Shown: piece by piece, positions 37,940 through 51,540 of the stretch | Numbering within the stretch: position 1 is the stretch's first letter | Layout: every line of letters begins with the position of its first letter | Source: Octopus sinensis | Taxonomy: Eukaryota | Reading direction: 5' to 3' | NCBI RefSeq assembly: GCF_006345805.1 | Contig: NC_043012.1 | Coordinates: 27,218,001-27,282,000, forward strand | DNA: 64,000 nucleotides | Notes under the pieces: model-generated | The model's database searches: none | Seen by the model: the letters and a program-made list of their open reading frames with translations, nothing else | Told to the model about the DNA's origin: nothing | Translations under genes and position numbers: made by a program

Positions 37940-38280
37940 ATACTAGGGCACTGTCTTGAAGGGTTTAGCCACACAAATTGACCCAGAACTTTTTTTATAA
38001 GCTTGGTACTTATTTTATTGATCTCTTTTGCTGAACTGCTAGGCAACTTGGATGTGAACAAACCAATACCAATTATCAAGAGGAGGTGGAGGACAAACAT
38101 GCACACACAAATGATGAGCTTGCAATTTACATCTACCAAATCCATTCACAAGGCTTTGGTAGAACAAGGGCTATAGCAGAAAACACTTGCCTGAGGTGCC
38201 ATACATAGTTGTGTGAATGGAAGTTTGCTTCCCTTCCGCATGTTGCTGAACCTAGAAACATGTGGTTGGGAAACCAAATA
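37940..38280 (-). mobile_element. Old SINE copy, second family
   Basis: accaaatccattcacaaggctttggt ... acacttgcctgaggtgcc. Confidence 0.7.
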
Positions 38281-38599
38281 GGTCAAAGAAAGGCTTTAAC
38301 ACATTTTTAATGATCAGTTACAACTGTTTCATATCAACTCTGCTCTCTTTGCCAGTTAATGCAAAAGTTCCGAGTAAAAATTTACATATTTGCAGTTTTA
38401 AACATTAGACCTGAATCAAATATGCAATCTACTGACTTGGCAGTGTTGTATTTATTACAGCAAATTAAGTCTGTCTTTCCTGATACAGGAGGTGGACTTA
38501 TAGAGGGATGATGCCCTGTTCACGTTCTGTAAATATAGTAAAGTAGACCTAAAATGAAAAAGCAAAAGAATTAGTTTTTTTTTTTCCAGTATCTGAGAA

Positions 38600-38935
38600 C
38601 TAGCTGTTACCATAGATAGGAACACTTGAGTGACAAACTTCTTAGATGTAACATTGCACCTAAACATAGTTTTGTGTAGTGCTTGTCACAAACCCCATGA
38701 AAATCTGCAGTATGTGAATAGAAACCCTCATTACCCTAGAGTGGTCATCAAATTGATAGTAAATAGTATCTCCACTAGAATACTGAGACTGTCTGCTAAC
38801 AGTGACATCATCATGCAGAATGCCAAATACTATAATGAAGCATTGGCCAGGGCTAAGAACAGAGAAAATATTATATATGCCTCAGGGAGGCGTACTTGCT
38901 CTCTCTACAAATCACCTCTAGATGTCATTTAAATT
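38600..38935 (+). mobile_element. Penelope-like RT C-terminal remnant
   Basis: NFLDVTLHL...KPHENLQYVNRNPHYP...NSISTRILRLS. Confidence 0.7.
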
Positions 38936-41099
38936 AGAGGGCACTAGGTTTAGCCATGCATCAAATAACATTAAAATAGACCACCATGGCGGTAGGTTAC
39001 AAAACCTGTATTCTGCAACGAAGATCCTAAATAAAATAGACCTTAAGCAACACCTTATGGTACCCCATCCTAGGGGGAAAGAGCATATCTAGCCTCAGTT
39101 AACACAGTCAACAGATGTGTTTAGATCTGCCACCTAGGAAGCATAGTAACAAATTACACAAGAGGAATATAATTTGGTTTACCCCCACCACCACCACCAC
39201 CACCCTATACTGAACATTGCTACTGATTAATCTGGCATCTTTGTCAGGGCTCTTGATAAGTGTTTTCTCCCTACACTTAGATATCATAGAATATTCAAAC
39301 AACACAATGTCAAGCTATCCTACTCAGCCACACCGAACTTGGTGCCAAATTTAGCTGCCCTAAATAACAGAAAGCTGAACCCTAAGATATATAAGGACCC
39401 AGCATAGCTCTTCTGGTTGAACCTGTTAACCCTAGTTCAGCCCAACACAATAATGGCTCTCAAAGGCAGCATGCAATGGACCATAGGGTACCTATTCACA
39501 GAAAGAAATTCAGTTGAACTGGGGACTTAAAATGAAACTCCATTCATTTGAACTTCTCCAGGGTTATGTAATTTTTGAATCCCTTCCAACTGTCCATTAG
39601 ATAACCAATGGCTTAGGAAGAATATGGATTACAGGGACACTGTCACTACTTATAGTAATACTTTCCACTACATCGAAGCCACATCTTCCCAATTTTAACA
39701 TAGATTCTATAATCACATCCACTCTTTTAAGAACTTTAGTAAGCATAAGTCTACATCTTTGGCTGAGCTGATCATAGGACATAAAACTGAAGAAAGTGCT
39801 ATATGAAATCTGGTCAATGGTGAGAACTGTACTCCCATATGTGGGAGGAGGGGGTGAGTGCAACCTGTACTAAGTCAAAGCACTAGAAATATTATTAACA
39901 AATGTAACAAAGTTCTGATACTATGCCTGCATAAATACCACAAGATCATTGCTGAATTTTCATAGCTTTCTTCTTCTCTGGCTTCTTTTATTTCCCTTAT
40001 CGTCCATAGATCTTAAATCCACATCCAAAACATTTATAACTGTACTGGTATTTCACTCAGTAAACCCAATCACTAATCCGTAGCTTTCTGTTAGGTGCCC
40101 GACACTTTGTTTGTCATTCTCCTGAGCTTAATATGTAGACCTGTCACCTAGTCTAATAACTGGTACACACTTTCTGTTACCTCACCACTGCTTGAGGACA
40201 TCCTTCATATGGGCCTAACTCTGTCCTAGGTATGGTACTTACTATTTCTGCACCTTACAACATCCAACTCCACTACAGGCAACCCTTCTTGTGTCACACA
40301 TGGTGATGATATCTCCACACATATATTTGTTTCTTTTACACGTATATTCCGGGATTTTTTCTTTTCACATAGGTATAATCATATGCTTTGTATCCATATA
40401 TATTACTTTCTTATACAATCCTGCCATCCATTCTTCTAATCTGTCAATTAAAAAAATTTTATTTCTACTTATTTATGTTATATTTATTATTTTTTCTTCC
40501 ACTGTTCCTTTTTCTATTATATTTGCTGTATCTCTTTTTCACTAAATACACAACAGAATTGCTACGATTTTTACATTTATACCTCATACTATATGTAGTT
40601 TATTACATAGACCTGTTAATATTACACAATTCAGTCAGTTACTGTACTATTATCTTTAATGGTAGGGCCATACTTCTACATTGGTACTTGCTCATATCAC
40701 TCTAATATTACTATTTATTCCATTTCTCTTTAATCATATCTTATTGTTACCCTCTTTTATTTCATTATATTTTTCATTTTGTTTTATCACTCTGCCTTTT
40801 CATGCCTTACCATATATATGACATTCCTGATAACTTAAAGCTCAAATATATATGCATCCACAAAGTATGAAACCAGAACGTGGGGCTGGTGAAATTGTAG
40901 AAATTCTCCAACAACCACTTCTGACTCTTTCAGGAGACATGGCATAGAGCTGAATCCTGCTGCTACATATATGGCCTTCCATCCAGAGATTGACAGTAGT
41001 TCTCTCCAGCCAGGGATTGGCCATAGTCTCCAGCAGCTTCACATAGCCATTAAATTGAGCTTAAGGCCCTATTCAAAGATGAGGGGTAACATAATGTTA

Positions 41100-41930
41100 C
41101 CTTCACTGGAGACACATTAAAAAAACATCACAGTTTGGGGATCTTGGTTATCATATTACATGGGACATCACATGGATTGTAAACAAAGCCCCTGTTGTTC
41201 TGTGTCATGAAGCTGGTCCTGGCAGAAGTTCTTTTCATCAGGTCAACAGGATGACTCAAATTGTTCGGGGGCCTCGCCTGTCAGAATTTGTCCCTTGCAC
41301 CTCTTGTAGGAGTGGTATCATAGGTCCTCATTCAGTACTAGCTTCATGGTGGTGATTCCAACACCCATCTCTCTTGCCAAAGCCTGATTCCCTTGCTTAG
41401 ATTTTCCATCACCTTGTACTGCAAGTGTTGAATGAATTCCAGTGAGTGGACATCATCAAAATTCCTCTGTGTAAGTCCACCAAGGAGCTCATGATGACCC
41501 CCTTTTTTGATCATCTACCTCTATTTGGTTCCCTCTGGCCAGATGGTCAACAAAGAGTACTTTGTGGAGGTTTTGAAGAAGTTCAGGAAGAGATTTTGTT
41601 GCAAAAGGCCAGAGCACTTGCACCAATCCATAATTCCATCCTGATAATCAACTACTTGACAGAGATGGGCATCAAGACTATCTCTCACCCTATATACACT
41701 CCAGACCTTGCTCTCTGTGACTTCTAGTTGTTCCCCATGCTGGAGGAGATGAAGGAGGCTGTAACAAGGGTCCTGGACACCTTCATTTCAAAGGACTTCC
41801 ATGAGGCCTTCATGAAGTGGCTAGAGTGCTACAAGTGCAAAAGATCCTACTTTGAAGGAGATTAGAGTTTTTGTATTTCTTTGAAATTAAAAAATGTCTC
41901 TTCTGTAAAACTCCGAAAACTTCTGGAATG
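41100..41930. mobile_element. Rearranged mariner remnants (minus and plus pieces)
   Basis: HPIYTPDLALCDF on plus (41446-41727); upstream minus-strand mariner-like sequence. Confidence 0.6.
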
Positions 41931-42011
41931 ACCGACCGACCGACACACACCTATGTATGCACACTCCTTGGCTTATCTTTACAAATGAAGATTTATGAAG
42001 AGGGATGTGCT

Positions 42012-43939
42012 CAAAATTTTGTAACATTGTGTTATCAAAATCCATCAGAGTGTATCTATATCTGACCTAGATAAATCAGAATTATGCTTGCTGATGCTCT
42101 ATGAGTCCAGTTTGAGACAAAAACAGGCATAACCACAGAAACTGAATAGGAAGGTGGACTAATCAGGCTTGGTGATGGTGTCTTTATTTTTCCTCCACCT
42201 CTGCAAGGATTCTCCAGATGCCTTCCAAAAAGGCTGTTGCCTAAAGAACATTGAGATTAGGTCTCATGCTCATGGATAAGAACAGACCACTGATGGTGAT
42301 CAATGTGACAGATGCTGAAGGATTTCTTTATGGAGCCTTTCATTGGTGATCCTCTATCTCAGTAACCAGAGGAGAGTTCACCATACTGCATGATCTCAGG
42401 AAGTCAAGGGATTATGTGGAGATGCTCTAGGATTTGCTGTAGACCTTTTCTGCTTACAACGGCAAATGCTTTGTTGAGGTCAACAAATATGAAAGCCTCT
42501 GTTTTGCTCTCTGAGAAAAGCATGCATACTTTTACTATCCCACTTACAGACTGTATTTGTAACATGCAAATTAGCTGTTAATTTCTTTTTCTGAAAATCC
42601 TAGCTTATCCAGATTGTCACTTAGGCATTTATTCACAAAACCAAGTGCACCAATTATAATTAGTATAAATGTGAATTTATAATCTTCATAAAGAAGCTGG
42701 AGTTTTCAAAGCAGTTGTCCATAGTTATCCTGTTTCTCTTTGAATTTTGAAGAGATATTGATATCATCAGGGTAGCTGACCTCAATGATGGCACATATTT
42801 TTTCTTGTCCATCCCAAACAACAAATATTTGGTCTCGAGAGTGTTCTGCCAATATTTCTTGTGTTGATATTTGTGTATGTATAACAGGGGGATTCTCTCA
42901 ATTTATTTCAGGACAGTTTTTCAAATGGCATTGTACAATGTCATGTTGTATATGGTGGTAGTACCATGATAACATTTTTGGGCAGCTACTAATCCTGTGT
43001 GATGTATTCCACAGAAATATGACATAATCAACATTTTTGGTTGCAACTTGGGGTTCCAAGGGCTTAACTGTCTCTTTTGTTCATTTTTGTTGATTGATAG
43101 CCATAGAAACCATGCTAAAACAGACAATTCAAGAGTGGTGCAGCTGACCAATTCCTGTCAAACAAATGAACCCATGTCAACATAGAAAATAGATGATAAA
43201 CAATGATGATGATATTACATATAATTATACACACACACATATGCTATGCAAAAGTTGTCCACAGTTATTGGCTACCTGATGTCATCATACAATGGAAATG
43301 CTCTTGCTACGGGATATACATCAAGAATTCCATAGTATTCATAGAGTGTATATAAAGAGGTTACAATTTTTATACCTGTAGTACTTTGGTGAGATGTTGT
43401 GTAATCATTATCATCTATCCAAGGTGTAAAATGCACCTCCTCAAGTGATTGTTTAAATAAGTCTTTCATTAGATCCTACCATCATTTCACTCAGTATGAG
43501 AATGCATACTCAAAGTGATGTGTCATTTTCAGCAGTTTATAGATAAAGCTAAATCCTAAGATATAGTGATAGACAAAATATGATTATAATGAAAATGCAA
43601 AATACAGAAATAAAGAAATAGACAAAAAATCCTACCTATATCTAAGTTGGATATAGATAGCATTAGTAAAAATATTATTGATAGAATACTACTGAATCTT
43701 AGACCTACGATTAAACTCTTACTAGAGGTTATTGGATGTTCAAAAGATTAGCAAATTTATACAACTGGATATATCGAATTATTATTCTATTATTAACCCT
43801 ATACTACTTAAGGCTCAAATTTTTGCATTCTTTTATTCAGCCACAAGGCTGCAGTCATGCTGTGCATAATTCTGATTTATCTAGGTCAGATATAGATACA
43901 CTCTGATAGATTCTGATAACACAATGTTACAAAATTTTG
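42012..43939. repeat. 76-bp inverted repeat pair enclosing about 1.8 kb
   Basis: Arms 42012-42087 and 43864-43939, 2 mismatches. Confidence 0.85.
42580..42930 (-). mobile_element. RLE-type (R2/R4/NeSL-like) LINE endonuclease remnant
   Basis: IVVWDGQEKICAIIEVSYPDDINI..K.KEKQDNY..L...IIGALG. Confidence 0.7.
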
Positions 43940-43949
43940 CATAAGCATT

Positions 43950-45798
43950 GTTTATCCTAATTTTTTAAGTGTTTATTATGCAACTTTTTGTGTTGATTCT
44001 GAAAATGATTTTACTTTTTCTCTACTACTGACTGTTGCTGAGATATATCAAATGAGGCTAATTATTAACAGATGTATTGTTTAGGGGAAGGATCATTTGC
44101 TCATTTGTACTAAAAATTTGAGCTAGCTAGGGAAAATTGTGTTTTTGACTCAATGTAAACTGCTAATGAATGACCAGTGATAAGCTTTTCATGGTACTCA
44201 GCAGGAATGCCAATTTCATTTCAGTCTGAGAAAATTGAGGAATTCCTTTCTTGTGTAGTAGAGGGATTGTCCATTAAGGTGTATATTGATATTTTTTTCT
44301 ATTTCAGCCCTTTATTCTGAACATTACTCTAAATTTTCTGTTATATGTGCAGATGCTATGTTGGAACAAAACATGTATCACATACAATTGTGAAAGGTGC
44401 CAAATACTGGACTGCTTAGTCTCTACTTTGTTGGCTGGCCAAGATAAGCTTTGCCCCACTGCCATGTAATATGTGGGAGTTGTCAATCAAATTTAGAAGA
44501 ATGGTTAAGAGGTGCAAGATGCAAGAAGAGCCATGCCTTTTGCTATTCCAAGAGTATAGCAAGAGCCAAAAGGCCATCATTGCTATTTTTGCATGACTGA
44601 CGTAATGAAGTACAGAAGAGTTAAAGAAAGACAAGCCCATGATGACAAGTTACTGGTACCACAACCACCAGAAGATGTAAGAAAATCTCATCATAATGTT
44701 TAAATCTAATCGAAATTTCATATGCTTGCTAAAATAATCAAAATGTAAAGGTTAAAAACCGTTTAGCAGAGTTTTCTTTTAATAAAACTCATACTATAGT
44801 TCAAGTTGTTATAAATGGCTTGTTTGCAGCTATTGGAATTGATAATGACCAAAAAGAATGGCAACTTTACACAGACAGCTCAGCAAGAATCCTCAAAGCA
44901 GTTTTACTGCCTAGTGAAAATCAGTATCCATCTCTGCTTACCGCATATTCTGTGCAGATAGAAGAAGAATACGAAAATGTCAAAAAGCTTCTTCAATGTG
45001 GACTGTAAGTGGAATGTTTGTGATGATTTTAAGCTGAATGCATTTTTGCTTGGATTGCAGGGTGAATACACAAAATATTTGTGTTTTCTTTACTGATGGA
45101 ACAGCAAAAGTGATCATGAACACTACTGGAATGTTAAGTGACTCCATGAAATGACATGCAGCTGGGAAAGCAAAGTGTTATCAGACAACCTCTTACAATC
45201 AATGTTGAAGCCAGAGAAACTTGAAAAGGCAATGAGTCATGTTGAAAGAGAGGCATGGTGTACATATTGTGATACAGTTCATGCTTTCCTAGGTAACAGA
45301 CAAAGATCCCAACTACAAGCAGCTGGTGATAAAGCTTATTGAGAGTTTTAAGAACTTAGGCTGTCAAATGTCCTTCATATTTAAACTCTTTCCTGAAAAC
45401 TTAGGTGAGGATCTTATTGAGAGATTTCATCATGACTCTGCTGCAATGGAGAAGAGATACCAAGGAAGACCGGGATACTGTCATGATGGGAGACTATGGT
45501 CACTTGCCCATAAATGATCTCACAGTAGGAAAACACAGTCTTCAATGCATTTCTAGTGTAATCTCATCATATAAAACTTACATTTTCCTTTTTGCTTAAA
45601 GTGAAATGCAAAAAATGATTATAAAAATATTACTTGATTGATATTGTCACATAATGTAAATAAGGTCATTAAAGCACTTTTTCTTTCAATCTTTTAATAT
45701 ATTGAGGGTAAGTAAAATCTAAGGATATTTTTGAAATCAGAAGTAAAAAACCACAAAACATTGAAAAGATTTAGAAAAAATAAATTGTATTACAGTGT
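43950..45798 (+). mobile_element. Chapaev3-like (CMC) DNA transposon remnant
   Basis: EWQLYTDSSARILKAVLL, LGLQGEYTKY, FPENLGE...ERFHHD...MEKRYQG; right terminus aattgtattacagtg; family name from recall. Confidence 0.65.
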
Positions 45799-45989
45799 AA
45801 TAAACTATGGATGAGATCTGATAGGGTTGACTGTTTCAGTATAATAATAGTAATGGGATCAAGCAACTCAGCACAAGTCACTGATCTCCTCAGAATATAT
45901 TTCCTATTCCAGAAAGAGACCTGGTTTTCTAAGCAGGGAAGTGATGGTGGCAGGGGAATCTATATAGGGAAAATCCTCTCATCATATTA

Positions 45990-46760
45990 GATGGGTGTAA
46001 ATTAGAAATGGAGAGATGATTATTTAAGTTCTGCAAAAATTTTGGACTATCTGTTTATAAAATAATTACTGTAGGGTAAACTTTCTTGATGAAACATTTA
46101 GTCTGGATACTAAATTATACCATAAACTAAACAAAAATCTAGGGTATGTCAATAAAAAATTCAATCACCCACCCTCTATCATAAAGGGAATTGTAAACAA
46201 TATATCCAATCGAATATCTAGATTTTCAGCAAATGTAGCATTAGCTGGGGTTGGATATACTGAGAAAGTTAAATACATACCTGATAATAATTTTATTAAT
46301 GTATACTTCTTTAGTAGAAGAAATTACGAACACAAAATAGATGAAGGTGGTTGTCTTAACCCAAGAAAGACAAAAATGGCACAATGAATAACACTAAAGG
46401 GGAAAATAGGGTTAATCTAAATATTAATTATAAGTCTAACAAGAATTTTTGAGATAGCAACCCTCCCACAGATTATACTAGTCATAACAGATTGAACATC
46501 AAATATAGAAAATGCGATGTTTTATGGTATAATTCCTTTTTTGGATTACACGCATTATCTAAGATTGCTAGGGACTGCTTTACTGCATTGGATAGGCACT
46601 TTTCTTAATTTAATAAATACCACAAGACTTTTAACAGATATAAGGTGAAACTGTTATATGCAACATCTAATTACTTAGAATACTACATTCTTAAGCTCAA
46701 TAATAGCAAGATAATCCAGGAGGTCACTAACACCATTAAAGAGGGTAAAGACAGAAATAA
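45990..46760 (+). mobile_element. Penelope-like element remnant
   Basis: NHPPSIIKGIVNNISNRISRFS; RKCYVLWYNSFF...DRHF...KTFNRYKVKLLY. Confidence 0.75.
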
Positions 46761-47399
46761 TCCTTTGAATAATGATTGCAATACTAATCAAGCTTGTCCA
46801 AAAAATTCTGATAAAAATAGTAATATAGACAATGGCAAAAATAATATGAGTAATAATTGAAATACTAAAAATCTCAATAGTAGTAGTACTGGAAATGATA
46901 AAAAAGGATAGTGTTGAAGGGTATATTGAGAGCACTAATAATAACCATAGAAACAAATTATAAAAAATAGAGTTAAAACAGGTTGAACAGTGTATATAAG
47001 AAGTACATATGTCCACATATATATATATATATATATATATCTGTGAAAGAGAGAAACCCAGAAAGACATGGGATTAAGTGGTGAGGACTGATCTCATGAT
47101 GTTGGAGCTCATGGAGGAAATGACAATGGACCGAAATGTCTGGCGATATGAGTCTTAGAGAAGACCTGCTCACATCAGCAAAATTGAGTTCTAGAAGTGT
47201 TGTTCCATCCCCATGTAACAACAACATTTTTACACACCCTACCCCAAGAACCCAAACTACATCTCTTCTCTTCCTCACATTTCCTCTTCATACACTCTGG
47301 TTTTCTCCCACTTCCCAATCCTGTAGCAGATGCACATGAACAATAGATAATATTGACACAAGAATTAGATTTTCTCAAATGCAAACAAGTTTCCTTGAG

Positions 47400-48370
47400 G
47401 TTGTAGATAGCTTCTGTTATAAAGTGACTAAATTGGCAGTGGAGGAGGATGTTCTGAAAGTATAGTTGCTGGAATGAAAATAGGATGGAGACAGTTCAAC
47501 GATATTATCTCTGATGGCAACAGAAAATTTCTCTGTCAGAGTAAAAGGCAAATTGTATGATGCTTATGTACAAACATCTATGCTCCATGATAGTGAAATG
47601 TGCACCCTGAATACAGAGGACATGCTAAGACTAGAGAGGAATGAAGCTGGTTGTCCCAATGGCTGTACAATAAAGTGCTGTGTAAAGAAGTACCAATCAC
47701 TTGAAACAGCGAAGTGCTGTGTATTAGGTGTTCTCCATCCACAAATTACATTCATTCTCTTTCCAATGAACCAATCATCTCATTTTGCACTACAATCCCT
47801 CTTACTTCCCTGCTCCCCAGTGCCACTTTGTCATCTCTCTCTCACCCATCCTCTCCCTGCCAACTGAATCATTGCTCTATGTTCACCACTAACTTCATCC
47901 CCTTCTCCCCCTTGTCCTTCCTTCTCTTCCACTCTTATGAACTCCCTGTTGACTCACCTTGTCTAGTCCTGTGTACCACTTCACTTACATTCACCTCCTT
48001 GTATCTTGAGAGTACACCTTGGCACACCTTCACTACCATTTTCTTTCTCTCTCTCTGACTGGAACAGCCACATATTTCCTCCACAGGTTTAACCTCTCAT
48101 CACCTGGCACAATACTCCTCCCATTTCCAGTGGACGGATCTTTTGTCTTGCAAGTTACTTGGTGATTTTGCTGGTGCCATGTAAAACACACCCAATGCAC
48201 TCTGTAAAGGAGTGGTGTTAAGATGGGCATCTACCAGTAGAAATCATGCCAAAGTAGACAGTAGCACTTAGCATAGCCTTTTATCTAACCAGCACCTATC
48301 AAACTGTCCAACCTATGCCAGCATGAAAAATGCTGTTAAATGATGATGATGATGATGATGATAATGATGA
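47400..48370 (+). mobile_element. Old RTE 3' fragment with pyrimidine-rich UTR and (GAT)n tail
   Basis: SVRVKGKLYDAYVQTSMLHDSE...RLERNEA; conserved tail. Confidence 0.75.
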
Positions 48371-48856
48371 CAATATATGTACATATGTGTGTGTGTACAT
48401 ATATACATATAAATTTTAAAATAGGATAAAATCTTTATAAAAATTTATCAAGTAGTTAGCGTGAGAAACCTCATAAGAGAAAGAACCGACAATTTTTCTC
48501 TTAAATATATTTATTTATATTATATAGAGGGCATTACTATACATAAATAGATGTATAAAAGTTGAACATTTCTATATGCTATGCTGGATACATTGGGTGT
48601 TCATCTGGTATGTTGATTTTTGTGCATTCTTTATAATCTTGAATTATGCTTGCATTGACGATAAAAAAGTGCATTTCTGCACTAATTATGAAATCATGTG
48701 ATTTGCAGCTGAATTCTGTTTTTAAAAGGCTCACTTCGAGAGTTGCATTCCCTCGCATTTGATACAATGTGTTTATTTCTTTTGGTAGTTTTAATTTTAA
48801 GAGTCCCTCCTAGCGTGTAGCATTTCTGTATAGTAATGCCCTCTATATAATATACA

Positions 48857-48890
<34 letters not shown>

Positions 48891-49108
48891 CACACACACA
48901 CTTTATTAACAAAATTGCAAAGACATAACATAAAACTGTTACTCAGAATTTCACATTCCTGTTCTTTAAGAATGGGATCATGAAACAGGCTTTGTGATAT
49001 ATTTGCAGCTTTATTTATAAAGCATATTACTCTACCTCTAGAGTACTTTTTTTCCCACTTTGTTTCACATTTAAGGTCTTACTCTGGTATATATATGCGT
49101 GTGTGTGT

Positions 49109-49175
<67 letters not shown>

Positions 49176-49201
49176 TTATATATATATATAATATATGTAT
49201 G

Positions 49202-49237
<36 letters not shown>

Positions 49238-49240
<3 letters not shown>

Positions 49241-50783
49241 CCTTGCTCAAATTGCTGAATCACTATTAGAACTCGAGGTGAAGTTTCAGGCGTGGAAGCA
49301 AGGATTAGAATCGAAGGGCCTTAGAGTCAATCTAGCTAAAACCAAAGTCCTAATAAGTAGGAAGGTAGACAAATCTCGAATACCTTCAGGTAGATGGCCC
49401 TGCTCGATCTGTAGAAAAGGCGTAGGTAGGAACTCTATAAGATGCACCAAGTGTAAGCTATGGACACATAAGAGGTGCAGCAATGTCAAAGGAAGGATAA
49501 CTAGGAAGATAGTTTTTGTATGTGGCAGATGCTCTGGTTCAATAAAGACTGAAAATGCGCAGAGACCATCTTCCGCCACATTCCAGGGAGAAAAACTTGA
49601 AATAGTTGATAGTTTCCGTTACCTAGGTGACCGAGTCAGTATAAAGCAGGTGGGTGTACCGAAAGTGTAACTGCTAGAGTAAGAATAGCCTGGGCAAAGT
49701 TCAGAGAGCTCTTACCTCTGCTGGTGACAAAAGGCCTCTCGCTCAGAGTAAAAGGCAGACTGTATGACGCATGTGTGCGAACAGCCATGCTACATGGCAG
49801 TGAAACATGGGCCGTGACTGCTGAGGATATGCGTAAGCTCGCAAGAAATGAAGCCAGTATGCTCCATTGGATGTGTAATGTCAGTGTTCATACCCGACAG
49901 TGTGTAAGTGCCTTGAGAGAAAAGTTGAACCTAAGAAGCATCATATGTGGTGTGCAAGAGAGGCGTCTACGCTGGTATGGAGACGTAGTAAGAATGGATG
50001 AAGATAGTTGTGTGAAAAAGTGCCACACCCTAGCGGTTGAGGGAACCTGTAGAAGAGGTAGACCCAGGAAAACCTGGGATGAGGTGGTGAAGAACGACCT
50101 TCGTGCTTTAGGTCTCACCGAGGAAATGACCAGAGACCGAGACCTTTGGAAGTATGCTGTGCACGAGAAGACCCGGCAGGACACGTGAGGCCATAACCCA
50201 TGGCCCCTACCTGGGACGTAGTCAGTCCATCTGTGCATACCTTCCTTCTTGGGACACATAACTCTACTTGTGAAGTCCTGTTGAGGCAAGTGAAAATCAA
50301 ATCAAATCAAAATCGATGAACATCAATGGAATTTGTATTTTCGTGGTACCAGTGCCGGTGGCACGTAAGAAAACCATCCGAATGTGGCTGTAGCCAGTAC
50401 CGCATCGACTGGCCTCCGTGCTGTGGGCACGTAACAAACACCATCCGATCGTGGCCGTGCCAGCCTCGCCTGGCCTCTGTGCCAGTGGCACGTAAAAAAC
50501 ACCATCCGAGCGTGGCCGTTCGGCAGCTTCGTCTGGCACCTGTGTCGGTGGCACAAAATAACAACATCCGAGCGTGGCCGTTCGCCAGCCTCATCTGGCA
50601 CCTGTGTCGGTGGCACATAAAAAGCACCCACTACGCTCACGGAGTGGTTGGCGTTAGGAAGGGCATCCAGCTGTAGAAACTCTGCCGACTGGCCTGGTGT
50701 AGCCTTTGGGCTTGCCAGACCCCAGTTGAACCGTCCAACCCATGCTAGCATGGAAAGCGGACGTTAAACGATGATGATGATGA
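49238..50783 (+). mobile_element. Young 5'-truncated RTE LINE in a (TA)n tract
   Basis: Nearly intact ORF end (49238-50188, disrupted near 49650-49720) with a Cys-rich finger; 3' UTR with (aaatc)n and about 63-bp repeats; (GAT)n tail. Confidence 0.95.
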
Positions 50784-50922
50784 TATATATATAATTTAAA
50801 TTAGAGATAAAACCACTATAACAATGAAAAACATAAACCAAAACATAAAAATTATATATATAATAATAAATATATATATGAATAAAAAAATGGAGTTAAC
50901 GCAGGTGTAATCAAATATTTTT

Positions 50923-51008
50923 ACTTTCGACACATGTTTCGAAAATTCCACTGATACTATTCAAAAGAATAAATGGTATAAACAATGCAATCTTCTCCTC
51001 AGGAAAGT
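50923..51008 (-). ncRNA. Type I hammerhead ribozyme fold, sense to the SHOC2 intron
   Basis: Stem I ACUUUC/GAAAGU (6 bp); CUGAGGA 51002-50996; stem II 7 bp plus 5 bp closed by G-C; GAAA 50940-50937; stem III AC-augu-GU; GUC site. Confidence 0.75.
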
Positions 51009-51127
51009 GAAAAAAACGAAACTCGTCAATAAGACATTTTAGCAAAAAATGATGGATTTGTATAGCAATAGACAGAACGCTATTAATATTGTTAACAAGG
51101 TAAAAATACACTTATCTATTAATAAAT

Positions 51128-51540
51128 ATATATATCAATGGAATTTGTATCTTTGTGGTACCAGTGCCAGTGGCATACAAGAAAACCATCCGAACGTGGC
51201 CGTAGCCAGTACCGCATCGACTGGCCTCCGTGCTGTGGGCACGTAACAAACACCATCCGATCATGGCCGTTCGCCAGCCTCATCTGGCACCTGTGTCGGT
51301 GGCACATAAAAACACCATCCGAGCGTGGCCGTCTGCCAGCCTCGTCTGGCACTGTGTCGGTGGCACATAAAATCACCCACTACACTCTCGGAGTGGTTGG
51401 CGTTAGGAAGGGCATCCAGCTGTAGAAACACTGCCAGATCTGACTGGCCTGGTGCAGCCTTCGGGCTCCTCAGACCCCATTGGAACCGTCCAACCCATGC
51501 TAGCATGGAAAGCGGACGTTAAATGATGATGATGATGATG
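51128..51540 (+). mobile_element. Young RTE 3'-UTR tail copy
   Basis: Near identity to 50320-50783 and 60743-61230. Confidence 0.88.

Noticed and set aside
43272-43469. 65-aa minus-strand ORF (MKDLFKQSLEEVHFTPW...) as an extra SHOC2 exon
   Set aside because: Not LRR-like, and the flanking SHOC2 exons already join colinearly with no missing residues.
48640-48715. Possible fifth hammerhead (ttgacga...tgaaatcatgtga)
   Set aside because: Core C3 is mutated, there is no UH cleavage site in register, and the stems are poor.
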